A stretch of DNA of 64,000 bases from the NCBI GenBank assembly GCA_964016885.1, contig OZ024740.1, forward strand, positions 378,200,001-378,264,000, read 5' to 3'. This stretch comes from Eledone cirrhosa. Lineage: Eukaryota. Shown in pieces: positions 27,801-39,600 of this stretch. A program made the translations under genes and the position numbers. Below the pieces are notes generated by a model. The model did not search any database. It was not told where the DNA came from and was given only the letters and a program-made list of their open reading frames with translations. Position 1 is the first letter of the stretch, and every line of letters begins with the position of its first letter.

Positions 27801-28670
27801 GTGATGCGTATGAAGGATGACAGCTGCATAAAAAGGTGCAGAGCACTAGAAGTCGATTGAAACCGCGGAGTGGGGAGACCCAAGATGACCTGGGATGAGG
27901 TGATAAAAGCTGACCTTACCCAATTACACCTCTCAAAGGCGATGACACACCACCGTGACCTCTGGCGTCGCGCAGTAATACAGAGTACCCGACCTCCCAT
28001 GGGTACAAGCTGAAGCATATAGACAATATGCCCCCACACCCCCCACTGCAAGGTTGTCGTGGAGGTGCCACGGCAAAAAAGCACCCAGCCCACACTGTAA
28101 AGTGGACGTGTAGGCGCCACGAAAAAGCACCCAGCACTCACTGTAAATGAGGTTGGTGTTAGGAAGGGCATCCAGCTGTAGAAATCAAGCCATATCAGTT
28201 CCTGTATGAGCAAGGCATGGTCAGCCGACCAGACACTGCCCACAACAGGACAACCCGTCTAACCCATGCTAGTGTGGAAGAACGGACGTAAAACGGTGAT
28301 GATGATGATGATATATATATATAGGAAATGAATAAATTGGACATAATACCAGTTTCTTACCAAATGCCAAAAAAGCTCAATATATTAGCCACTTATGGAA
28401 TAGTACAGAGAATACAACCAAAGTGGTACTTCAAATCATTTTATTAATGTCTATATGCGTTTCAACTTCAATATATGCACATGATACTAAAACATCGTCA
28501 GGGCATTAATTCGGGATTTAGATGATACAGTCAAGAAATACAGAGAAAGTTATTTTATCTCGGAGGACACACAAACAAAGCAGTTACTTATTTGTGTTAA
28601 ATAAGCCTGAATGAAAAGAGATTTTTCAAAAAAGAATGTTATTTTCTTCCACACACACACACACACACAC

Positions 28671-28706
<36 letters not shown>

Positions 28707-31700
28707 GTGTACGTATATATGTATGCATTTGTATGTATAACTAGTTATTTTTATTATTAAATAACAGGTCCTGATCAAGTTAAGTCTGCTAATGAACTAT
28801 CATTATTTGCTCGGCGGTGGCGAACATCTACTTATCGATTGGATCCTTTCCAAGAAGTTGTGTTATCACAACATACAACAGATCACCTCAGAGAGAAAGT
28901 AAGTTGCTGGCAAACTATTTTTATTGTGACTTTTGAAATCTGTATTTAGATGAATAACGCGCACATCATCATCATCATCATCAACGTTTAACGTCCGTGT
29001 TCCACGCTTGCATGGGTTTGGACGGGGGTAGTCCCACTTGAGGCAAGAGTGATTTTCTTGCTCGCATAGGACATGCATACGGAAAGAGAGAGCTGAATTG
29101 AATTAGTTCAATTTACATGAATGATTATCAAAATCTCTCACTTATATTAGTAGGGTTTAATCACGTATATTTTGGCATAGAAAGTAGAATTTCTTAATTT
29201 TTTTTCTATTATTAAAATATTACATTGATTATGAAACTAACATTCCTCACCATTCATGGATGAATCTTTTATCTTTCCTTATATATATATATATATCTGA
29301 ATGAGCATGACATGGTACCTCACAACCTGCCTAACCATGCAAACATGGAAAATAGACATTAAATGGTAGTATAGATAAAAAAAAACATGAATAATTTTCA
29401 AGTAAATGCAATGCAAACATCCAACTTAGTAGTATTTTGATTGATATCAATATAATTTGTGTATAACACTAAAAGTAAAGCTGTTTCTAAATCAAATAGG
29501 AATATCAGTTTTGAACATAACTTCTGAATGGTGTAGCAGTGGATGGTTAGTGTTGCCAGTAATAGTAGGTGTCACAATAAAGCTCCAAGAAGGAGCAACA
29601 AGCACAGTTTAACCATGCTAAAAATCCACTTTTTGCTTGATCATTTTCATGTCAAAATACATTTTTTTCTGGACAATTATATATCATTTGAAAGTTCTAG
29701 ATGTGAACTTTCTTCTTGTATTAATTGTTTATAGCCATTTTTAATACTCCATTAAAATTTTATTGAAATGGTACCATGCCCCCAAATCTCACAATTTATT
29801 TAGTTCTTTACCTACTACAAATGTGCCAAAACTTGTGTCCTTGTCGCTTGTACTTTTGGATTTAGCCTGGTCTGAAAACATGAAAAACTTCCACTCATGT
29901 TATAAAATCAACTGTTTATGTGCAACAAAATAGGGTTTACATAAATATTTTTAAAAGAATGCCCTCAAAACAGTTTCATTTTCAAGAACCTGAAAAAAAT
30001 AGGCAGCTGCTATCCCATGAACACTATTAATTTGTGTAATTTGAAGATGAATAATATATCAGTTTCAAAGAATTAAAGATAATTTTTTTTTTTGGACCAT
30101 TATTCACTTCTGAATGTTTTAAAAGCATTTGTTTCCTTTCTACTTTTGTTAGTTACATGAAATCAGTGGTATAGAAAAAGAAAATATTGAATTTGCCAAG
30201 GTAAATATTTCATATTAATTATTTATAGTCTTTTAAGATAACAAATATTTTTTTCATGAAAAGAATATTAGTTTCAAAGCTGAAAAGATATTCTTCTCTT
30301 TTGGATCTGTAACTCTTGATGGAGTCATTGGGTATTTTAAACCTGGTGGAGATCCTAACGCTCTCCAGGTCTGAACACAGCTGATTTCTTCCAGAGAAGT
30401 TGGGGGTGGGGGGAGCTGGAAGGAAAAATAGACCCCATGAAATGGAAAGTTTATCTTGGAGCGCCATCTTTCTGACGTTCTAACGACTCTGTCAATTTGC
30501 CACCAATATGATATTATAATGGTTGAAATAATTACCATTTTGTACTTTGGTTTTCTTTTTGCCTTATTTCTTTCCTGAATTTATATGTATAGCTAAATGC
30601 CCAGATTTCAATTCAGTAATTAAAAACAGGTACATATTTAATTAGAATTTTCTTTTTGTTTTTTCCCTTTTTACTTAAACAATTGTACCAATTGTGTAGT
30701 TATAGTAATCTAATAAACTCACTGGTTTTGTTTTGTGTTAATAAATGTTGTTGTACATCTATAAACTGGTTACTCACACTCTTTTGTTGCATGGAATATT
30801 TTGATATAGATTACAGTCCCTTACTTATTTCCCTTAATTTTTGTAAAATATTGTTAGAAATTAAAATTTTTATTTTATCTGTGTACAGGCACGTGGCACA
30901 TTTCCTTGTGATATTCCTGTGTTGGGGATTCAAACTGAATTAGACTGGAATCCTCAGGTAACCTCCTTTAATATGTGGCCACAAGCAATGTGTGAACCAG
31001 GAAGTGTAATATATTACAGGTTAGTTTCTTCTGTAATTGAAATTATAAAGTAATGATGGAAAAAAATGGTAAATGTTTTTGTTTTAAGTAAATAGATTTT
31101 ATATGTTAAATCTTTTCTGATTCATTTTCCATAAAAATAACAGTAAACTGATGGAATTTGTTTAATGAATATAAAATTTGATCATTTGTATTTCATTTAA
31201 TCAAACATCATCATCATCATCATCATCATCAGGTTTAGCGTCCGTGTTCCACGCTTGCATGGGTTTGGACGGGGGTTTTCCCACTTGAGGCAAGAGTGGT
31301 TGTCTTGCTCGCATAGGACTGTCTGGCGGGTTTTCTACAGTTGGATGCCCTTCCTAACACCAACCACATTTACAGTGTGGGGCTGGGAGGTTTTTACCGT
31401 GTTGCCTACACGGCCACATTACAGCGTGGACTGTCTGGCGGGTTTTCTACAGCTGGATGCCCTTCCTAACACCAACCACATTTACAGTGTGGGGCTGGGA
31501 GGTTTTTACCGTGTTGCCTACACGGCCACATTTACAGCGTGGACTGTGTGTTTTTTGTCGTGACACCTACACGATCTCATTTGTTTCGGCCTGGATGTTG
31601 TGGGACCAACATAACTTTACATTGAAAGGGGCGGTGTGGGTGGGGTGGAGGTGGTGGGACGGGGGTGTGTTTTGATAGAGGTGCCTACTGACTGTAGTAG

Positions 31701-34700
31701 GTTTTTACTTTGTATTTAGGTAAGGCGGGTCTTCTCTATTACTGAGTACCGCCAAAGGTCTCGGTCCAGTGACATTGTCTTGGAGAGGTGTAAGCGTGTG
31801 AGGTCGGAATTTATCAGCTCGTCCCATGTTTTTCTGGGTCTGCCTACTCCGTGGCTACCGTCTATCTTTATTGCCCTGCACTTTGTTATACAGCTGTCGT
31901 CTTTCATGCGCATCACGTGACCGTACCAACGTAGCCTTCTCTCGAGTAAACAACATCTGATCCCTCTTATTTCTAATTTTTTCCTTAGTTCGTTTATGCT
32001 TTGCCGTTCACGTATATTACTATTGCACATCCAGCGGAGCATGCAAGCTTCGTTCCTCTCTAGTCTGCGTATATCCTCTGCACACAATGCCCAGGTCTCA
32101 CTGCCATGCAGCATTGCTGTTCGTATGCAGGCATCGTATAACCTGCCTTTCATTTTTAGGGAGAACCCTCTAGCGGCTAATAGTGGTATAAGCTCTCTGA
32201 ACTTTTTCCATCCAGTTCTGACTCTAGCTACTGTACTTTCAGTGCACCCTCCCCCACTGCTGATTTTGTCACCCAGGTAACGGAAGCTGTCCACTATTTC
32301 TATAGAACCCTCTGCGCAGTTGAAGGAGCTAGTATTTTGTGGGCACTTGCTGCTACTTATTGCACCAGAGCACCGGCCACATGTAAAATCTATGTTCTTA
32401 GTTAGCTTACCTGTGATCCCACTACATCTTTTATGCACCCATACTTTGCATTTGGGACATAAAATGGAGTTTCTACCTACGCCTTTCCTACACACTGAGC
32501 ATGGCCATTTCCCCGATGGGACCGCCGCCTTATTTTCTTTCCTACAAACTAGAACTTTAGTCTTAGCCAGGTTAATTTTAAGGCCTTTTGACTCTAGGCC
32601 GTGCTTCCACGTTTGGAATTTCTTCTCTAGTTCGGTCATTGATTCAGCTATGAGCGTTAGATCATCTGCGTATAGGAGTTCCCATGGGCAGCCGGTCTTG
32701 AACTCCTCTGTTATAGCCTGAAGGGCAATAATAAATAGTAGGGGGCTAAGTACAGAGCCCTGATGGACACCAACTTTTACGCTAAACTCTTCACTATATT
32801 CGTTGTTAATTCTAACCTTACTGACTGTTTCTTTATACATGGCTTGTATAGCTCTCACAAGCCATTCGTCAACACCTAGTTTTCTAAGAGACCACCAGAT
32901 AATGGAACGGGGGACTCTGTCGAAGGCTTTCTCCAAGTCGACAAAAGCTAAGTATAGGGGTTTACTTTTAGCTAGGTACTTCTCCTGTAGTTGTCGTACA
33001 ATGAAAAGAGCGTCTGTGGTACTTTTGCCTGACACAAACCCGAACTGCATTTCATCTAGATCAATTCTCTCTCTGATTAGTTGCGCTATTACTTTTTCCG
33101 TGACCTTCATGACCTGGTCGATTAATTTAATGCCTCTATAGTTACTCCTATCTAGGGCATCTCCTTTTCCCTTATAGCAGTTAACGATGATGCTGCTACG
33201 CCATTCCTATTAATTTAAAATTACTACTCTATATCAAAATTGCAAGCATATCTTTTTGTCAGATAAAATTTGTACAGATTACTATATAGAATGTTTAAAT
33301 AGAAAATTGCTTTGTATAATAATGGTATTCATTATTTTTCAGTGAAACATAAGGCCATTTAGATTAGTGCATATCGTTTAACGTCTATCTTCCACGCATA
33401 TATATAGTTGGAAGATAAACCTAAGTAGAGAGTTTCAGTTCTGGGAAGAAGGAATAAACAAAATGTTTAATGTTAGATTTTTTATGAGTTAAAACTTCCA
33501 ATCAGTTAAATCATCTTATATTTTCATTTTCATGGAAATTGTTCTGATGAGCTTTCCTCTTTAATACCTTGTCTTCATGAGTTTAAATGGAGTACCAGAT
33601 TTGTGGCTAGGTCTCATCCCTTTACAGTTGAAATTTCTAAATGTAATTGCAAATTCTATTCTGGTAGTTTCTTCCCTTGCACATCTCACCTATGGAATTC
33701 TCTTCATTACAATTTGCAAAAATTCAAAAGTAACATCAATCATCATCTTCTCTCTCCTTGAATTGTGTTTTCCCTGTCATGTCTTTTTCTCTTTTCAGTA
33801 ACCCTTTGCATTTTAGTGGCTTATTGACTTGCTTGGTATAAATAATTTGAATAAAAAAAATATTCTATTTAATCTTTGTTTAACCCTTTAGCATTTACAT
33901 TACTCTATATTTACTATTGTATTTTCACAATAAAGGCTTTACTTCACATGATTATCTCGCATAATATCGAATCTATGAAATTTTGATATTATTTATTTTG
34001 AGAACAATACCTTAACATAAGTATGAGTGGCTGGTTACAGCCGGTTTGAACAGAAAGAGGTGAGAGAATTCTGACCAGATATGGCCGGTTTAAATGCTAA
34101 TGGGTTAATGCTTTTCTCCTCCTCTTCCAGTTGATCTGAATTGTATCCCCAAGCCAGATCAACCAACTTGCTTGTAGTCTACTCCTTGGTTTCTTGCAGT
34201 TAGTTTTTCCCTGTAAATTAATTCAGAAAAAGTGCAGTATTCTGGAGCAATATAATTAGAGAACAAGGCCATGAATCTGTAGTTTAACTTGTAGACACTT
34301 CATTACGGCTATTTGATATATATATATATAGCTTAAAATAAGAAATGTTTTGAGTGTTTAGATTGAACTTTTCTGATTTATTTTAAAAAATTTAAAGTTA
34401 TAGTATTTTGTAATATCTTTAATAAGTTTGATGTATGAAATTTGAAATTTATTTTAAATTCAGAGATAAAACAGAAGATTTAATGGAGCTATCCAAAGAA
34501 AAAAAGGAGGAACTAACACAAAAAGAAAACAGGTAAATAAAATGAAAAAAAAATCTTGTCTAGTGAATCTACCTCTACTTCATTTATTTATTTATTACAA
34601 TATACCATCTTATCTAACCTCCTTTTTTTTTTTACCTTAATGATATATACTTCACTATTATTACTAGTGATATTTTATTATAAGTATATAAGATATTTTA

Positions 34701-36587
34701 TTATAATTATATAAGATAAATATGTATCGGGTTTGTGTCGGGCAAAAGTACCACAGACGCTCTTTTCATTGTACGACAACTACAGGAGAAGTACCTAGCT
34801 AAAAGTAAACCCCTATACTTAGCTTTTGTCGACTTGGAGAAAGCCTTCGACAGAGTCCCCCGTTCCATTATCTGGTGGGCTCTTAGAAAACTAGGTGTTG
34901 ATGAATGGCTTGTGAGAGCTATACAAGCCATGTATAAAGAAACAGTAGGCAAGGTTAGAATTAACGAATATAGTGAAGAGTTTAGCGTAAAAGTTGGTGT
35001 TCATCAGGGCTCTGTTCTTAGCCCCCTACTATTTATTATTGCCCTTCAGGCTATAACAGTGGAGTTCAAGAGCGGCTGCCCATGGGAACTCCTATACGCA
35101 GATGATCTAACGCTCATAGCTGAATCAATGGCCGAGCTAGAGAAGAAATTCCAAACATGGAAGCACGGCCTAGAATCAAAAGGCCTTAAAATTAACCTGG
35201 CTAAGACTAAAGTTCTAGTTTGTAGGAAAGAAAATAAGGCGCCGGTCCCTTCCAGGAAATGGCCATGCTCAGTGTGTAGGAAAGGCGTAGGTAGAAACTC
35301 CATTTTATGTCCCAAATGCAAAGTATGGGTGCATAAAAGATGTAGTGGGATCACAGGTAAGCTAACTAAGAACATAGATTTTACATGTGGCCGGTGCTCT
35401 GGTGCAATAAGTAGCAGCAAGTGCCCACAAAATACTAGCTCTTTCAATTGCGCAGAGGGTTCTATAGAAATAGTGGACAGCTTCCGTTACCTGGGTGACA
35501 AAATCAGCAGTGGGGGAGGGTGCTCTGAAAGTACAGTAGCTAGAGTCAGAACTGGATGGAAAAAGTTCAGAGCTTATACCACTATTAGCCGCTAAAGGGT
35601 TCTCCCTAAAAATGAAAGGCAGGTTGTATGATGCCTGCATACGAACAGCAATGTTGCATGGCAGTGAGACCTGGGCATTGTGTGCAGAGGATATACGCGG
35701 ACTAGAGAGGAACGAAGCTTGCATGCTCCACTAGATGTGTAATAATAATATACGTGAACGGCAAAGCATAAACGAACTAAGGAAAAAATTAGAAATAAGA
35801 AGGATCAGATGTTTACTCGAGAGAAGGCTACGTTGGTATGGTCACGTGATGCGCATGAAAGACGATAGCTGTATAAAAAAGTGCAGGGCAATAAAGATAG
35901 ACGGTGGCCACGGAGTAGGCAGACCCAGAAAAACCTGGGACGACTTGATAAATTCTGACCTCACACACTTACACCTCTCCAAGACAATTTCACTGGACCG
36001 AGATCTTTGGCGGTACCCAGTAATAGAGAAGACCCGCCTTGCCTAAATACAAAGTAAACCTACTACAGTCAGTAGGCATCTCTAACAAAATATGCCCCCG
36101 TCACACCTTCCCCACCCCATCCACACCGCCCCTTTCTATGTAAAGTTATGTTGGTGCCACAACATCCAGGCCGAAACAAATGAGATCGTGTAGGTGTCAC
36201 GACAAAAAAAAACACACAGTCCACGCTGTAATGTGGCCGTGTAGGCAACACGGTAAAAACCTCCCAGTCCCACACTGTAAATGTGGTTGGTGTTAGGAAG
36301 GGCATCCAGCTGTAGAAAACCCGCCAGACAGTCCTATGCGAGTAAGACAACCACTCTTGCCTCAAGTGGGAAAACTCCCGTCCAAACCCATGCAAGCGTG
36401 GAACACGGACGTTAAACGATGATGATGATGATGATTTATTATAAGTATATAAGATAAATATGTACATAAACACATTGTATACTTCAACTAGTACTTTATT
36501 TTATATTTAATTCATAATAATGTAATAATTTATCATTAGTCTCACACATTGATATATGGTATATGATAAAGATATGTAATTAACACT

Positions 36588-36618
<31 letters not shown>

Positions 36619-39600
36619 GGTTTAGCGTCCGTGTTCCACGCTTGCATGGGTTTGGACAGGGGTTTTCCCACTTGAGGCAAGAGTGGTTGTCTTGCTCGCA
36701 TAGGACTGTCTGGCGGGTTTTCTACAGTTGGATGCCCTTCCTAACACCAACCACATTTACAGTGTGGGGCTGGGAGGTTTTTACCGTGTTGCCTACACGG
36801 CCACATTACAGCGTGGACTGTCTGGCGAGTTTTCTACAGCTGGATGCCCTTCCTAACACCAACCACATTTACAGTGTGGGGCTGGGAGGTTTTTACCGTG
36901 TTGCCTACACGGCCACATTTACAGCGTGGACTGTGTGTTTTTTGTCGTGACACCTACACGATCTCATTTGTTTCGGCCTGGATGTTGTGGGACCAGCATA
37001 ACTTTACATTGAAAATACAATATATTTTCTTATCTAATCTCCTTTAATGATTTATATTTCACTATAATTACTATTGATATTTTATTTTATTAATTTTATT
37101 AAATATATCATTGCCATCATTTAACATCTACTTTCCACGCTATAGATAAGTATATATCATAAACATATATACATTTAACTATATGTACTTAGCAATAATA
37201 CTTAGATAATGCAAAATTAAAAATATACTTTATAATTTTAACACGGGTATAATCCCTTGAATTAACCCCCTTACCTTGATATATTTAACAACGTAAATTA
37301 AAAAAATATATATATATTACAATATTTATTTATATTAATATATTCTTTTTACATCTAATTAGATATTATTGATTACTTAATAATTATAGTTTTTATAACA
37401 TTTCTTTAACATCTTAAATATTAATATATATATATATATATATTCACTCCGTATAATTTCATGTTTTCTCATATAATATTAATTCTGCAGCAAATATCTT
37501 TTAACTTTAGCCCAGTTCAATTCAATGTATTCATTTTCATCATTTCATTTTTACGTCCGCTTTTCCCTGCTTGCAAGGGTGGGACGGGAACTGATTCTGG
37601 CTTGATTTCTACAGCTGGATGCCCTTCCTAACACCAACCTCATTTACAGTGAGTGCTGGGTGCTTTTTTGCCGTGGCACCTCCACGACCACTTTGCAGTG
37701 GAATGATAGGGACCCAAGTCCCTATCATCTCATTTCTACAGCTGAGTAAACTGGAGCAATGTGAAATAAAGTGTCTTGCTCAAGGAAACACATCACTTGG
37801 TCTGAGAATTGAACTCAGAACCTTTCGATTGCAAGGCCAATGCTCTAACCACTAAGCAATGTGCCTCCATCATTGTTTCTGCAAACTATGAATGTTGCTT
37901 TGGTAAAACTATACAACTTTCAATTCATAATTGTAAAATTAATACTCTTACAAATGACATTTAAGTATTTTAATACACCTGACACCTTGTTATTTTGACC
38001 AACTATTTAATTAGATAAATGATATATATCTTTTGTTCTTGAATGATTTGTCTTGATATTATATTAATCGTTTTTTATAAACTCTGATGATTCCTATGGT
38101 TTGTGGTAACTAATAGCAAATTGTTTAATATAACAACTCGGTGGTACTTTCCTATGGGAAGAAACAATTGTCAGTAATTAAATATCTTAAACTTTTAATT
38201 TTGGTTTATAAGCGCATTATATACCCTTGCAAGCAGGGAAAAACGGACGTAAAATGAAAATATATATACACACACGTATGTGTGTATACGTACGTGCAGA
38301 AATTCGTAGATGAAAAATCAAGGAACACGGTGCTCAATCTGTTGCAAAAGAGGTTATTTAATATGAAAGTTTCATACATTCATACACCTAACATGTATGT
38401 ACGACCATTGGCTTCAGTGTCCAGTTATGGCTACCACTGTATGTTGGAGGAGGCACTTTTAAACTGGCCCTTCAAAATCTAACATAGCATTCTATAACAT
38501 TCCTGTTATAAATTAAGATGCTTTCTGACTGGAATGCTTTTTGTGGGGGATGGTTGGTTGGGCAGGGTAAAACAACCATTTTAATGCTTGAAAATAAGAT
38601 TTTAAATACATAAAGTACAGTATATGTACATAAAAAAATAAAACATTTGAGAAATCCTTTAGGGAATAATTCAAAAATCATAACATTGTGATAGGATATG
38701 TACTCACTACAAAAGGCATTGCTTGCTATTAGTGGGTAGGTGGTGCAATGAGGATTATGGGGTAGGACGAAGGACACTATCTTTTTCTCTATAGTCTATC
38801 TTCAATATGTGCTTGATGTGGTGTGGGGGTGAAGAACTTATCCAAAGTGGTTTGACATTTATGGTGCATCATCTCTTTGTACAGCTTAGTGTAGGAACTA
38901 AGCTTGTTATAAGCTCCTCTTGTAATTTTTGTAACATTCACAATTAGGATCATTATCAGCTTGTAACATCCAACCCTTTATCAATATTCTTTACAGTCAA
39001 CTTAAGTTGAATTTCTATATCTTTTTCCTGTCATGCAAATCACTTTTGTTCTAACAGCATCAGCTCTTTGTTAGACAAACTTTCCCCATAGGACTCTACC
39101 AATTTAACCGCATCATCTTCTATAACTTATTCAAACTCTACATCATTTGCCAATATCAAAATATAAAATATCTTGTTGAATTTGATGTAGACTTTCTTCT
39201 AGAAGAGAATTTGTAAATTCATGGATGCAGTTCAGCCATGTCTTTCCAAATAGCATAGCTGAGGGTTTCACTTCATCTCATGACTTGGTTATGTTACCCA
39301 CAGCATCCATAATGTTAATTGAAACTTCTCACAAAGTCATTAACTGTAGGTTTATCCTCACAATCAATTACATTTATGAGATGTTTTAATATACTTCTCA
39401 GACAATATACCTTGAACTATCACACTTTGGGCAACAGAACTGTGTTCTTAGAGATATATTCTACTCTCACATTATCAGAAAGATCATTTAAGTTCATTGG
39501 GTGGTTTAATGCTTTGTCTAAAATGAGCAATGCTTTGCTGGAAATATACCTGGCAACAATAGAGCAAAAATAGTTTGAAAACCAAGCTTTGAAAAGGTTA

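Noticed and set aside
30952-30963. Internal donor-like cag|gtaacc in a USP47 exon
   Set aside because: USP47 similarity continues to 31019, and using this site would shift the frame.
37541-38260. ~40-bp inverted pair resembling transposon TIRs
   Set aside because: Both are RTE 3' tails in opposite orientation; no TSD or transposase.
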